Counted from the stretch's first letter, positions 1 through 9,821 are shown. The stretch: 64,000 bases of DNA from an uncultured delta proteobacterium (GCA_963803435.1 CAWDML010000001.1:1888001-1952000); one strand, 5' to 3'. Numbers and translations: made by a program. Notes: a model not told the origin generated them from the letters alone.

Positions 1-463
1 CGACGCGGATCGATCCGATCGAGAAGGCGGGCGGCGGACCCGGCTGGGGAGGCTCGGGCTCTGCGGGGCTCGTGACGATCAGCGCCGCCAGGTTGAGCCC
101 CGCCGAGCTGGTGAAGGCGAGGACCGCCGGCCGCTCGATCTCGAGCGCATCGAGGTGCCGATCCCAGAGCAAGCGCACCAGCGAGTAGTGCGCCCGCACC
201 GATCGGATCGTGATGGCCGGCCGCCCCTCGCGATCGGTCAGCTCGATCCCGCGGACGATCAGCTCGGAGGTGAGGTCGCCCTCGATCCGCTCGATCCGCA
301 GCTCTCCTGCGAGTAGCGCCCGCGTACGCTCGACGACCTCCCGCGTGAGGCGCGCGCGACCGGCATCGCTCGAGAGGTACGCGATGGTGCCCAGCGCCGC
401 GACCCCGGCCAAGGCGATCGCGAGCCCTACGCCCAGCGCGAGCCGGCGGAGACGCCGCCTCAG
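1..463 (-). CDS. TamB/AsmA-like translocation and assembly module protein, N-terminal part (runs off window)
   Basis: Own translation: (L)RRRLRRLALGVGLAIALAGVAALGTIAYLSSDAGRARL...LRIERIEGDLTSELIVRGIELTDREG; N-terminal TM anchor then beta-rich region; directly downstream of a TamA-like gene; probable CTG start overlapping its stop. Confidence 0.7.
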   Translation of the reverse strand, partial: MRRRLRRLALGVGLAIALAGVAALGTIAYLSSDAGRARLTREVVERTRALLAGELRIERIEGDLTSELIVRGIELTDREGRPAITIRSVRAHYSLVRLLWDRHLDALEIERPAVLAFTSSAGLNLAALIVTSPAEPEPPQPGPPPAFSIGSIRV

Positions 464-2319
464 AACGCCTCCCCCAGGCTGAAGTGGATCGCGTAGTGCG
501 AGGTCGGATCCGGCTCGCCGTCTCCGGTCCGGTTGAGCCGGACGCCCACGTCGAGCCGGATCGCGCCGACCGGCGTGCGGTAGCGGATCCCGCCGCCGGC
601 GGCCCAGTGAAGATGGAGCGGATCGAGGGCGCCGAGCCGCTCGGTGACGTCGGCGCCGTCGGCGAAGATCGCGACGCCGAACCACTGTCCGAACAGCTCG
701 AACAGATCGAGCCGCAGCTCGACGTTCGTCTCGAGCAGCGCGGTGCCGCCGACCGGGAGCGCAGGATCGCCGCGACGAGGCGCGAGCCGCCGCCGGTTGA
801 AGCCGCGCTGGCTCTCGGGACCACCCGCGAAGAAGCGGCGCGTGATCGGCAGCGTGGGGGAGGCGAAGAGCGTCCCACCGAAGCGGGCGCGTCCCGCCAG
901 CACCAGCCGGCGCCAGAAGATCGGCACGTAGCCACGCAGCTCGGGGATGACCGTCGAGTAGGCGCCCAGACCGAAGGCCTGGCCGACCTCGAAGCGCAGC
1001 TCGGCGTAGTAGCCGAGCCGCGGATCCACAGGATCGTCGCGGCCGTCGTAGCCGAGGAACGGAGAGGCCGACAGCAGGCGCAGCGGGCTCTCGATCCCGA
1101 TGGACCGCAACGCGTCGTCCTTCAGCGCGGGATCGAAGCGCGGCGTGACGGCGAGGTGATCATACTGGAGGCGGATCCCGACGCGCAGGCGGTCGTCCAG
1201 GAACGGACGATCGAGCGCGACCGCCAGGCTCGGCCCGTTGGTGAGGTACGCCTCCAGCTGGACGAAGCGGTACTCGACCGCGAGCGTGCCCACCAACCGC
1301 GTCCAGATCAGGTCCTGGCGCTCGAGCTCGGCGCGCGCCTCGATGCTGGGGCCACCCTTGTCGGCGTTCTTCACCAGGAGCTCCCAGGACGGGCGCACGG
1401 TGAGCCTGAGCGTGAGCAGCGGATCGAAGAAGCTCTTGCGCGCGTAACTGGCCAGGGCGCGCAGCTGGTAGCCGTTGCCCCGGCCGAAGCCGAAGCCGAA
1501 CCGGAGCTCGTTCCGCGGGCCCTCCGAGACTCCGATCCCGACTGCGAGGCGATCGGTGGGGTGGTCGCGATCCCAGCCGAAGCGGACGCTCTCGGCGAGC
1601 CCGGTCTCGAGGATGCGGCTGCGGGTCACGTCGAGACGCTCGGGATCGAAGCGATCGCCCGGAGCCAGCGCGCAGCGTCCTCGTACGAAGCCCTCGGGGA
1701 GGCGGTCCAGCCCCTCGACCGTGATCTCGCCGATGCGCACCGCCGGCCCCGGCTCGACCGTATAGATCGCCCTCACCTCCAGGCGATCGCGATCGACCTG
1801 GGCGTGCCCCGACACCTCGGCGAACGCGAAGCCGTGCGCGACCAGGGCCTTCCTGAGCCGCACCTTCACCGCCTCGTAGGCGTCGTAGTCGAACGGCTCG
1901 CCGATGCGGAGCGGCGCGGTCAGCGCGCGCAGGCCCTGCTCCTCTTCGGGCGGCGTACCGCCGAGGTGCACCTCGGTGAGCAGCGACGGCTGGCCCTCCT
2001 CGACGACGAATCGCACCGCCACGCCGTCACCGGACTGCGTGATCTCGACGTCGGTGACCTTCGCGGAGAACCAGCCGTGGCGGCGGTAGTAGGACTCGAT
2101 GCGCCTGCGATCGACCGGGATCGCCAGTGGCTCGTAGACCGCGTGATCGAGATAGAACCAACCGTCGGGCGGGTGGTGCGAGAGACCTTGGAGGACATCG
2201 CCCGCGTCGAGACCGTGAGCCCCGTCGAGCGTGGCCTCCTCGACGCGGAGACCGGGCGCAGTCGCACACGCGGACAGGATCAGCGCGAGAGAGAGCGAAG
2301 GTGGGTCGAGGCGCAACAT
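460..2319 (-). CDS. BamA/TamA (Omp85) family outer membrane protein
   Basis: Lipobox-like LSAC, POTRA-like repeats (GWFSAKV, GFAFAEV), RFFAGGPESQRGF, GIRYRTPVGAIRLD, C-terminal SLGEAF. Confidence 0.9.
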   Translation of the reverse strand: MLRLDPPSLSLALILSACATAPGLRVEEATLDGAHGLDAGDVLQGLSHHPPDGWFYLDHAVYEPLAIPVDRRRIESYYRRHGWFSAKVTDVEITQSGDGVAVRFVVEEGQPSLLTEVHLGGTPPEEEQGLRALTAPLRIGEPFDYDAYEAVKVRLRKALVAHGFAFAEVSGHAQVDRDRLEVRAIYTVEPGPAVRIGEITVEGLDRLPEGFVRGRCALAPGDRFDPERLDVTRSRILETGLAESVRFGWDRDHPTDRLAVGIGVSEGPRNELRFGFGFGRGNGYQLRALASYARKSFFDPLLTLRLTVRPSWELLVKNADKGGPSIEARAELERQDLIWTRLVGTLAVEYRFVQLEAYLTNGPSLAVALDRPFLDDRLRVGIRLQYDHLAVTPRFDPALKDDALRSIGIESPLRLLSASPFLGYDGRDDPVDPRLGYYAELRFEVGQAFGLGAYSTVIPELRGYVPIFWRRLVLAGRARFGGTLFASPTLPITRRFFAGGPESQRGFNRRRLAPRRGDPALPVGGTALLETNVELRLDLFELFGQWFGVAIFADGADVTERLGALDPLHLHWAAGGGIRYRTPVGAIRLDVGVRLNRTGDGEPDPTSHYAIHFSLGEAF

Positions 2320-2413
2320 GACGGCCCGTCGTCAAAACCGCGGGCGCGCGTCCGCCGAGCCCGACCTGATCGAGCACGACCCCGTTGGCCCCGCTGTTGC
2401 TTTAGCCCGAGAC

Positions 2414-2776
2414 ATGGAGACAGGAGAACTCTCGCTGGACCTGGTCTTGTCGCTGGACGGTGCGGCCCTCGAGGTGCGCCGGATCGAGCTGCTCGAGGCC
2501 CTGATCGAGCTCACCGGCCGTCCGCCGCCGGGCGGGTCGTCACAGTCGCTCAAGGAGAAGGCGCGGGCCATGGTGGCGCGCCGCGAGTGGGTGGTGCAGG
2601 CACTGGCGATGATCGGGCTCCCGACGGATCGAGATGTGGTCCGAACCCGGGTGGCAGAGCTTCGTGAATGCGAGAGATCGTGGGCGCTGCGTGTGGAGGC
2701 CAGCTCCCCGGAACCGCGTTTGATCCCGGGGAGCTTCGAAGTCGGGGTGAGTAGATTTGAACTACCGACCTCCTGA
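2414..2776 (+). CDS. hypothetical protein (3' end overlaps tRNA on opposite strand)
   Basis: ORF METGELSLDL... with protein-like composition filling the gap; 3' end doubtful. Confidence 0.35.
   Translation: METGELSLDLVLSLDGAALEVRRIELLEALIELTGRPPPGGSSQSLKEKARAMVARREWVVQALAMIGLPTDRDVVRTRVAELRECERSWALRVEASSPEPRLIPGSFEVGVSRFELPTS
2702..2735. terminator. hairpin downstream of tRNA-Pro
   Basis: 10-bp inverted repeat AGCTCCCCGG / CCGGGGAGCT; no clear U-tract. Confidence 0.5.
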
Positions 2777-2816
2777 TCCCGAACCAGGCGCTCTAACCAA
2801 GCTGAGCTACACCCCG
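2742..2816 (-). tRNA. tRNA-Pro(CGG)
   Basis: Reverse complement CGGGGTGTAGCTCAGCTTGGTTAGAGCGCCTGGTTCGGGATCAGGAGGTCGGTAGTTCAAATCTACTCACCCCGA folds as a cloverleaf; anticodon CGG; CCA not encoded. Confidence 0.97.
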
Positions 2817-3473
2817 TCAGCGCTTGAGTGACGCGATCGCCTCCCGGTAGTCCTCGTGGTGGAACACGTACGAGCCTGCCACGAGGATGTTGGCACCGGC
2901 GGCCACCACGCTTCCAGCGGTCTTGGCGTTTACGCCCCCGTCGACCTCGATGTCAATGCTGGAGAAGCGCGCCGGGTCGGCTTTCTTGCGCGCCGCGAGG
3001 TCCCTGATCTTGTCCAGAGCCGCCGGGATGAACGATTGGCCGCCGAACCCTGGGTTGACGCTCATGACCAGCACCAGGTCGAGGTCGAAGAGCACGTGCT
3101 CGAGCGTCGACACCGGCGTGTGCGGGTTCAACGCGACGCCGGCCTTCTTGCCGAGGCCCTTGATCTGCTGGATGGTCCGATGAAGGTGGACGCACGCCTC
3201 CTCGTGAACGGTGAGCATGTCGGCGCCCGCGTCAGCGAACGCCTCGAGGTAGCGCTCGGGCTCGACGATCATCAGATGCACGTCGAGCGGTAGATGCGTC
3301 GCCTCTCGCACCGCGCGCACCACGATGGGGCCGATGGTCAGGTTCGGGACGAAGCGCCCGTCCATGACATCGACGTGGATCAGATCGGCGCCGGCCTCCT
3401 CGACCGCGCGGACCTCCTCCGCGAGTCGGCCGAAGTCGGCGGAGAGGATCGACGGCGCAATCTTGGTGGGCAT
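2817..3473 (-). CDS. rpe: ribulose-phosphate 3-epimerase
   Basis: [37 protein letters not shown]. Confidence 0.97.
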   Translation of the reverse strand: MPTKIAPSILSADFGRLAEEVRAVEEAGADLIHVDVMDGRFVPNLTIGPIVVRAVREATHLPLDVHLMIVEPERYLEAFADAGADMLTVHEEACVHLHRTIQQIKGLGKKAGVALNPHTPVSTLEHVLFDLDLVLVMSVNPGFGGQSFIPAALDKIRDLAARKKADPARFSSIDIEVDGGVNAKTAGSVVAAGANILVAGSYVFHHEDYREAIASLKR

Positions 3474-3482
3474 CCCGTCGGG

Positions 3483-3512
3483 ACGCTAGGAGGAGCGGAG
3501 GCGGAGGTGCAA
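3483..3512 (-). promoter_or_regulatory. sigma70-type promoter of rpe (and probably tRNA-Pro)
   Basis: TTGCAC-N18-TAGCGT ending 9 nt before the rpe ATG. Confidence 0.5.
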
Positions 3513-3518
3513 GGTCTT

Positions 3519-4151
3519 TCAGGAGACGCCGGAGCGATGGCCGAGCTGGCCCTCGACCACGACGTCCGCGCGATCGATCACGGTCCCGAGGAACCCGATC
3601 ACGAGCTTGGCGTCATCCGCGTCGAGCGTCTCGAGTCCCGTCGCGATCCGCCGCAGCACCGCCGCGCGCGCCATCTCGAGTCGCGCCAGCTTCTGCCGGC
3701 CGGACGCGGTGAGAGAGACGCCCTCGGACGACACGCGCACGAGCGAGAGGCGCTGCAACCGCAGGGCGGTCGAGCGGAGCTGCGCGGTCGACACGCCCAG
3801 GCGCGCGGCCAGCTCGGTGATCGGCGTCTCCGCCTGCATGGGCTCCAGCTCGAGGAGGAGGTCCTCCAGATCGACGGGCCAGCGCGCCATGACGCGGTTG
3901 GCGCGCACTTCGGGCGCGCTGCGCAACGCCCGCCCGATGGCATCGAGGGCGGCACGGCCGAGCGCGAGGATGTCGGCGACCTGAGCGGGGCTTCCGCTCG
4001 TCGACTCGACCGGCGCCTCTTCGGCTTCAGCGCTGGGTGTGTTCAACACAGGGCCACTCTTTCTGTTCGTCGCCTCGCGAGCAATGGGACGCACCGCGGG
4101 TACCGACTGTTGACGGATATGCTCGCGACCTACATTTCTAACGACGTTCAT
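3519..4151 (-). CDS. MarR-like winged-helix protein (start uncertain)
   Basis: ITELAARLGVSTAQLRSTALRLQRLSLVRV...VSLTASGR. Confidence 0.65.
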   Translation of the reverse strand: MNVVRNVGREHIRQQSVPAVRPIAREATNRKSGPVLNTPSAEAEEAPVESTSGSPAQVADILALGRAALDAIGRALRSAPEVRANRVMARWPVDLEDLLLELEPMQAETPITELAARLGVSTAQLRSTALRLQRLSLVRVSSEGVSLTASGRQKLARLEMARAAVLRRIATGLETLDADDAKLVIGFLGTVIDRADVVVEGQLGHRSGVS

Positions 4152-4161
4152 TGCGTCCTCG

Positions 4162-5445
4162 ATGAGTAACCAGAGAGACAACGCCCGGGACCTCGCGCTC
4201 GACGTGCTCGAACGCGTCGCGCAGCGGGGCGCGTTCGCGACCTCGTCCCTGCGGGCGGCCTTCGCGCAAGTTGAGTTGCCACCGCGTGATCGCGCGCTTG
4301 CGACCGAGCTCGTGTACGGCGTGCTCCGTATGCGTGGTCATATCGATCGTGCACTGCGCGTGGCCAGCGGCCGGCGTATCAAAGATTTGCATCCCCCGTT
4401 GCACGAACCGCTACGGCTGGCCGCCTATCAGATCCTGTACCTCGATCGGGTCCCAGCGTTCGCCGCGGTCGACGTCGCCGTCGAGCAGGTCAAGCGGAAG
4501 GCCGGACCCCGGGCTGCGGGTCAAACGAACGCGATCCTGCGCAAGCTGGCCGCGGCCGATCCGAGCGCGCGGGTACCCCGACCGGTCGGCGTCGAGGTCG
4601 ACGCGGTCCGCCACGTGGCGGAGGTGGGGAGCGTTTCCCACGCCGTCGCCCAGGTTCTGGTCCGGGACCTGGGGAGCGCCGCGGCCGAGGCCTTCCTGGC
4701 GGCGAGCCTCGAGCGCGCGCCGCTCACCCTTCGCGCCAACCTCTTGCGCAGCACGGTCGAGGCCGTGGCGGCCGAGGTCGACGGCCGGATTGGATCGCTC
4801 CCCTACGCGGTCCGGGTCGACGGACCGGGCGCCCTCCCGTCCGAACTTCCGGCCGTGCTGCAGGGGCGCGCCTCGCCGCAGGACGAGGCGGCGATGCGGG
4901 TCGTCGAGCTCCTCGATCCGAAGCCGGGCGATCAGGTGCTCGACGTGTGCGCCGCGCCCGGCGGGAAGACCACGCACGCGGCCGAGCGCATGAACGATCA
5001 GGGCCGGGTGGTCGCGCACGATCGCCTCCCCGATCGATTGGTGCGGGTGGCCGAGAACGCGGCGCGCCTCGGGCTCACCTCGATCGAGATCGCCGACGTC
5101 CTGCCCCCCGAGTCGGAGCCGTTCGATCGCGTGCTGGTGGATGCTCCCTGCTCTGGTCTCGGAACGCTGCGGCGCCACCCCGAGATCCGGTGGCGGTTCA
5201 AGGCGAGCGACCTCGAGGAGCTGGCTCCGATCCAGCGCGCGGTCCTCGAGCGCGGCGCCGCCCGCGTACGGCCCGGTGGCGTGCTGGTGTACTCGGTCTG
5301 TACCGTCACCACCGAAGAGGGCGAAGGCAGGATTCGAGCGCTGGCAGATCGCTTCCAGCTCGACGCGGTGCTGAAGACCGGTCCGGACCACGAGGGTGCA
5401 CCGGACGGGTTCTTCGCCGCACGATTGATCCGGAGGGACACATGA
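4162..5445 (+). CDS. rsmB: 16S rRNA m5C967 methyltransferase RsmB
   Basis: NusB-like N-terminus, DVCAAPGGKT, DAPCSGLG, YSVCT. Confidence 0.93.
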   Translation: MSNQRDNARDLALDVLERVAQRGAFATSSLRAAFAQVELPPRDRALATELVYGVLRMRGHIDRALRVASGRRIKDLHPPLHEPLRLAAYQILYLDRVPAFAAVDVAVEQVKRKAGPRAAGQTNAILRKLAAADPSARVPRPVGVEVDAVRHVAEVGSVSHAVAQVLVRDLGSAAAEAFLAASLERAPLTLRANLLRSTVEAVAAEVDGRIGSLPYAVRVDGPGALPSELPAVLQGRASPQDEAAMRVVELLDPKPGDQVLDVCAAPGGKTTHAAERMNDQGRVVAHDRLPDRLVRVAENAARLGLTSIEIADVLPPESEPFDRVLVDAPCSGLGTLRRHPEIRWRFKASDLEELAPIQRAVLERGAARVRPGGVLVYSVCTVTTEEGEGRIRALADRFQLDAVLKTGPDHEGAPDGFFAARLIRRDT

Positions 5446-5882
5446 TCAGACACGCGACCATCGACGACCTCGAGTTCCTGGTGCGCGGCAACCGCGAGAT
5501 GGCAAAGGAGACAGAGGCGATCGAGCTCGACGAGTCGATCCTGCGCGAGGGTGTGAGCACCCTGCTCGCGGGTCGCTCGCAGGGGGCGTACCGGATCCTC
5601 GAGCTGGAGGGCCGCGCGGTCGGCCAGCTCCTGATCACGTACGAGTGGAGCGACTGGCGCAACAAGCCCGTGTGGTGGATCCAGTCCGTATGGGTCGAGC
5701 CTGAGCACCGCGGTCACGGGCTGTTCCGCAGGCTGTACGAGGCGGTCCGCGAGGAGGCAAAGGCTGCCGGCGCGGGCGGTCTGCGCCTCTACGTCGACGA
5801 GCGAAACGCGCGCGCCCAGTCGGTGTATCGGGCACTGGGAATGGACGGTGGACACTACCGCGTGTTCGAGGACATGTTCTGA
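5442..5882 (+). CDS. GNAT family N-acetyltransferase
   Basis: TYEWSDWRN, WIQSVWVEPEHRGHG, LRLYVDERNARAQSVY; ATGA overlap with rsmB. Confidence 0.9.
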   Translation: MIRHATIDDLEFLVRGNREMAKETEAIELDESILREGVSTLLAGRSQGAYRILELEGRAVGQLLITYEWSDWRNKPVWWIQSVWVEPEHRGHGLFRRLYEAVREEAKAAGAGGLRLYVDERNARAQSVYRALGMDGGHYRVFEDMF

Positions 5883-5884
5883 CG

Positions 5885-6301
5885 GTGACACCCTTCGAGG
5901 AGATCGGGGGGGAGCCCGTCCTCCGCACCATCGTTCACGTGTTCGTGACCCGCATGATGTCCGACGCGATGATCGGGTTCTTCTTCCGCGAGGTCGATCC
6001 CGCCCGCCTCGAGGAGATGGAGTACCGCTTCACAGCGCGTTTTCTCGGCGCGCCGGTCGAATACACAGGCCGCCCGATCCGAGAGGCTCACCGCGTGCAT
6101 CCCATCATGGGCGGACAGTTCGATCGCCGGCGCCGGATCCTCGAAGAGGTCATCGACCAGTACGGCGTGTCGCCCGCCGTGAAGCGCGCCTGGCTCGAGC
6201 ACGTCGACAGCCTCAGGCCGCTGGTCACGCGGGACGGCGTCGGGGAGTGCGACGAGACGCGGGTGCTGGACCGCACACCTGCTCGCACCTCGCACAAATG
6301 A
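5885..6301 (+). CDS. group I truncated hemoglobin
   Basis: FEEIGGE, FFF, FLGAPVEYTGRPIREAH (proximal His). Confidence 0.85.
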   Translation: MTPFEEIGGEPVLRTIVHVFVTRMMSDAMIGFFFREVDPARLEEMEYRFTARFLGAPVEYTGRPIREAHRVHPIMGGQFDRRRRILEEVIDQYGVSPAVKRAWLEHVDSLRPLVTRDGVGECDETRVLDRTPARTSHK

Positions 6302-6328
6302 CCGGAGCTGCCTAAGATCGGTCCCGGC

Positions 6329-7558
6329 GTGCGCGCCAAGTCGAACCTGAGCGACACGCAACCGCTCGACGCAGATGCCTGGCGACGGCTGGCGACGAGC
6401 TTCATCGCAGACGGACGGATCCCCGACGCGATCGACGCGATCGCCCGGGCCCAGCTGCTCTGCCCGCCCAGGTCCGGCCAGGTCCTGCTGGAGGTCTCCA
6501 AGGTGCTCGAGATCCTGTCGGCGCACGCGCAGACGGCACCGCTCCAGCTGCGGATGGCGAGGACCTGCGCCGCGGCGGGGTTCATCGACCGCGGCATCCT
6601 CCACGTGGAGCGCGCGCTCGACCACGACCAAGACAACCCCGACGCCCACCGCGATCTCTCCGAGCTCCTCTGGAAGCGAGGCCGCCGGGACGAGTCAATC
6701 GACGCGCTCCACCGGGTGCTCTGGATGCGGCGGGACGACGTCGACACCGCGCTGCTGATCGCCGAGCGCCTGCTCGAGCTCGGTCGCGACAAGTCGGCGC
6801 GCATGATCGTCCGTCGCATCACCGACAAGATCCCGCCGACCGGAGAGGCCGAGCTCCGGATTGGCCGCCTGCTGCGCAAGTGCGCCATGCCCGAGCAGGC
6901 GCTGTGGCGGCTCGAGAAGGCGGTCGTGCTCCTCTCCGAGTCGGCACACGCCCACTTCGAGCTCGCGCTCGCTTATACCGAGACAAAGCGGCTGGCGGCA
7001 GCCGTCGACGAGCTCGCCGAGACTGCGCGGCTCCGACCCGACTGGGGAGAGCCGCTCCGCCGCCTCGCGTTCCTCCAGCGCGAGCTGGGCCGGATCTCGG
7101 AGGCGGCCGAGATCGAGGCGCAGCTCGAGTCCCGCCCGGTCACCCTCGATATCGACGAGGTCATCGCGGTCGAGGACACGGACGAGTTCAACGACACCAG
7201 CGAGCTGAGCGGACACCTGCGCTTGATGCCGGTCGCCGAGCTCCTCCAGTTCCTCGCGCAGCGCAACCTGACCGGGATCCTGCGGGTCACGTCGGATCTC
7301 GGCGTGGGCTCGATCGAGATCTATCGAGGTACGGTGATCGGCGCCCAGCTCGACGGCATCACGGTGGCGAACGGTGAGCGCGACGAGCGCGCCCGCTTCC
7401 AGCACTGCCAAACCGTGATCGGAGAGATGATCTGCTGGACGGAGGGCCAGATCGACTTCGTCTCGAGCGGTCCCTACGATCGCGAGCCTCCCGTCCGCTT
7501 CGAGGTTCCGCATCTCCTGCTGGAGACGATGCGGATGCTGGACGAAGCGAAGGGCTGA
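6329..7558 (+). CDS. TPR-repeat protein with C-terminal DUF4388 (PATAN-like) domain
   Basis: TPR-like helices; LSGHLRLMPVAELLQFLAQRNLTGILRV...WTEGQIDF...LLLETMRMLDE. Confidence 0.8.
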   Translation: MRAKSNLSDTQPLDADAWRRLATSFIADGRIPDAIDAIARAQLLCPPRSGQVLLEVSKVLEILSAHAQTAPLQLRMARTCAAAGFIDRGILHVERALDHDQDNPDAHRDLSELLWKRGRRDESIDALHRVLWMRRDDVDTALLIAERLLELGRDKSARMIVRRITDKIPPTGEAELRIGRLLRKCAMPEQALWRLEKAVVLLSESAHAHFELALAYTETKRLAAAVDELAETARLRPDWGEPLRRLAFLQRELGRISEAAEIEAQLESRPVTLDIDEVIAVEDTDEFNDTSELSGHLRLMPVAELLQFLAQRNLTGILRVTSDLGVGSIEIYRGTVIGAQLDGITVANGERDERARFQHCQTVIGEMICWTEGQIDFVSSGPYDREPPVRFEVPHLLLETMRMLDEAKG

Positions 7559-7561
7559 GGC

Positions 7562-8200
7562 TCAGCGGTTCGGCTGGGGCGTCATCCGCAGGTACGAGCG
7601 CACCGCCTTGAAGCCCTTCGGGAAGCGCTTCTCGAGCTCCGCCGGATCCTGGATCGACGGTACGATCACGACGTCCTCGCCGTCCTTCCAGTTGACGGGC
7701 GTCGCCACCGCGTACTTGTCGGTGAGCTGCAGCGAGTCGACGACGCGCAGGATCTCGTCGAAGTTTCGACCGGTGCTCGCAGGGTACGTGATGATCGTGC
7801 GGATCTTTCGGTTCGGATCGATGAAGAACACGGAACGAACGGTGAGCGTGTCGTTCGCCTCCGGGTGGATCATGTCGTAGAGGTTCGAGATCGTCCGATC
7901 GGCGTCTGCGAAGATGGGGTAGTTCAGCTTCGTGCCCTGCGTCTCCTCGATGTCCGCGATCCACTTGGTGTGGGAGTCGAGGGGGTCCACCGAGAGCGCG
8001 GCGATCTTCACGTTGCGCCGGTCGAACTCAGGCTTGAGCTTGGCCGCTGCGCCGAGCTCGGTGGTGCAGACCGGCGTGAAGTCCTTGGGATGGGAGAACA
8101 GGATCCCCCACGACGATCCGAGCCACTCGAAGTAGTGGAGCTCTCCGTGGGTCGACTGCTGTGTGAAGTCCGGGGCGAGGCTTCCGATGTGTAGCGCCAT
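7562..8200 (-). CDS. 1-Cys peroxiredoxin (Prx6 family)
   Basis: FSHPKDFTPVCTTE, YPASTGRNFDEILR; true start MALHIGS inside the longer ORF. Confidence 0.95.
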   Translation of the reverse strand: MALHIGSLAPDFTQQSTHGELHYFEWLGSSWGILFSHPKDFTPVCTTELGAAAKLKPEFDRRNVKIAALSVDPLDSHTKWIADIEETQGTKLNYPIFADADRTISNLYDMIHPEANDTLTVRSVFFIDPNRKIRTIITYPASTGRNFDEILRVVDSLQLTDKYAVATPVNWKDGEDVVIVPSIQDPAELEKRFPKGFKAVRSYLRMTPQPNR

Positions 8201-8268
8201 GGGTGTTGGCTTCCTTTCGGCGAAGGAATGACCCTCCGAGGGCGCGAAATCAAGCTGAGATGTCGGCG

Positions 8269-9771
8269 TCAACGGTACGCGATGAGGGCGGCTGCGAAGA
8301 TGACGATCCAGGCGATGAAGTTGGTGAGGAAACCGGCCCGGACCATCTCCCCGATGCGGACGCGACCGCTCCCGAACATGATGGCGTTGGGACCGGTCGC
8401 CGCCGGCATCATGAATGCACACGAGCAGGCGAGCGCGGTCGGGACCAGGAGGAGGCGGGGATCGAGCTTGGTCGCCTGGGCCGTGCCCGCAAGGATCGGC
8501 ATCGCGATGGTGGAGAGCGCTGTGTTGCTCACGATCTCGGTGCCCAGGGTAACGGCCAAGGTCGACACCCCGACAAAGAAGACGTCCGAGCGATCCGCGA
8601 GGAGCGCCAGCCGTGCACCGACGAACTGCGAGAGGCCGGTCGTGTCGAACGCGTGCGAGAGGGCGACGCCCCCTCCGAACAGGAGGACCAGGCCCCACGG
8701 AACCTGGACCGCGTTCTTCCAGGTCAACAGTCGCTCGCCGCGCGCCTCTCCCGACGGCATGGCGAAGGCGATGCACGCGCAGAGAATGGCCACCGTGCTG
8801 TCGTCGACGCCTTTGACACCGAGCAGGCCCGCCCAGCCGGGGATCGTCAGATCGGGGCCGAACACCAGGTCCGGACGCGTGACCCAGAGGACGGCGGCGA
8901 GCCCGAAGACGCCGAGGGAGCGCACCTCGGACGATCGCCACGGTCCCAGCTCGGCGAGCTCCTGTCGGATGACGTCGCCCTCGCCGAGCGACAGCGAGCG
9001 CGGGACCTTCGGATAGACGCGGGTCAACAGCAGCCACACGAGCGGCACCACGATCACGACGACCGGGACCGCGAACGCTGCCCAGCTCACGAAGGTCATC
9101 GGTGGTCGATCGGGAAATGCGACCTGCATCGCGCTGATCGCGACCAGGTTGGGAGGCGTGCCCACGGGCGTCCCCATGCCCCCGACCGACGCGGCATATC
9201 CCGTCCCGAGCAGCACGGCGAGCGTGAAGCGCTGGGCGTCGCGTTCGTTGGAGGCTCGCTCGGTGGCGCGATCGGCGACGGCCAGCGCCACCGGAAGCAT
9301 GATGAGCGCGGTGGCGGTGTTGGAGATCCACATCGAGAGCAGCGCCGCCGCGATCTCGAAGCCGAGGACCAACCGGCGCGGGGAGGTGCCCACGCGGAGG
9401 AGGACGTGAAGCGCCACCCGCCGGTGAACCTTCGACTGCTCGACGGCACGGGCGACGAGAAAGCCTCCCAGGAGGAGCATGATCAGCGACGAGGCGTACG
9501 CGGGCGCGGTCTCCTTCGCGCTCATGACGCCGAGGAGCGGGAACGCGGCCAGCGGGACCAGCGCCGTCGCGGCGAGGGGAAGCGCCTCCGTGATCCACCA
9601 GATCCCGACGACCAGCGTGACACCGAGGAGCCGCATGCCCGCGATCGTCAACCCGGCAGGTGGCGACATCGCGATCGGGAGCGCCCCAGCGGCGAGGCCC
9701 AGCCAGAACCCGCTCCTTTGAAGCCGTGTCACACCCTTCGATCCCCCGAGTGACGTCTGCTCGACAAGCAT
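8269..9771 (-). CDS. DASS/SLC13 sodium:dicarboxylate/sulfate symporter (start may be 9732)
   Basis: WITEALPLAATAL, SMWISNTAT, GTPVGTPPN, SNTA, AFMMPAATGPNA. Confidence 0.93.
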   Translation of the reverse strand: MLVEQTSLGGSKGVTRLQRSGFWLGLAAGALPIAMSPPAGLTIAGMRLLGVTLVVGIWWITEALPLAATALVPLAAFPLLGVMSAKETAPAYASSLIMLLLGGFLVARAVEQSKVHRRVALHVLLRVGTSPRRLVLGFEIAAALLSMWISNTATALIMLPVALAVADRATERASNERDAQRFTLAVLLGTGYAASVGGMGTPVGTPPNLVAISAMQVAFPDRPPMTFVSWAAFAVPVVVIVVPLVWLLLTRVYPKVPRSLSLGEGDVIRQELAELGPWRSSEVRSLGVFGLAAVLWVTRPDLVFGPDLTIPGWAGLLGVKGVDDSTVAILCACIAFAMPSGEARGERLLTWKNAVQVPWGLVLLFGGGVALSHAFDTTGLSQFVGARLALLADRSDVFFVGVSTLAVTLGTEIVSNTALSTIAMPILAGTAQATKLDPRLLLVPTALACSCAFMMPAATGPNAIMFGSGRVRIGEMVRAGFLTNFIAWIVIFAAALIAYR

Positions 9772-9821
9772 TGCTCGACCCTCGATAGCCGCGTGCGGAG
9801 CAAGGGCCCTATTCGATCTTC

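Noticed and set aside
484-2667. Long antisense and alternate-frame ORFs (also 13233-15773, 27863-30850, 33550-36519, most of 53220-56963)
   Set aside because: Shadow ORFs expected at high GC; they lie opposite or out of frame with genes that have clear family motifs.
2742-2816. tRNA as integration site of a genomic island
   Set aside because: No integrase and no duplicated tRNA 3' end seen in the window.
4110-4136. TTGACG...TACATT promoter for rsmB
   Set aside because: 15-nt spacer is suboptimal; not enough support to list.
7562-9598. 678-aa peroxiredoxin fusion
   Set aside because: The N-terminal extension is an off-frame reading of the DASS gene; the peroxiredoxin starts at 8200.
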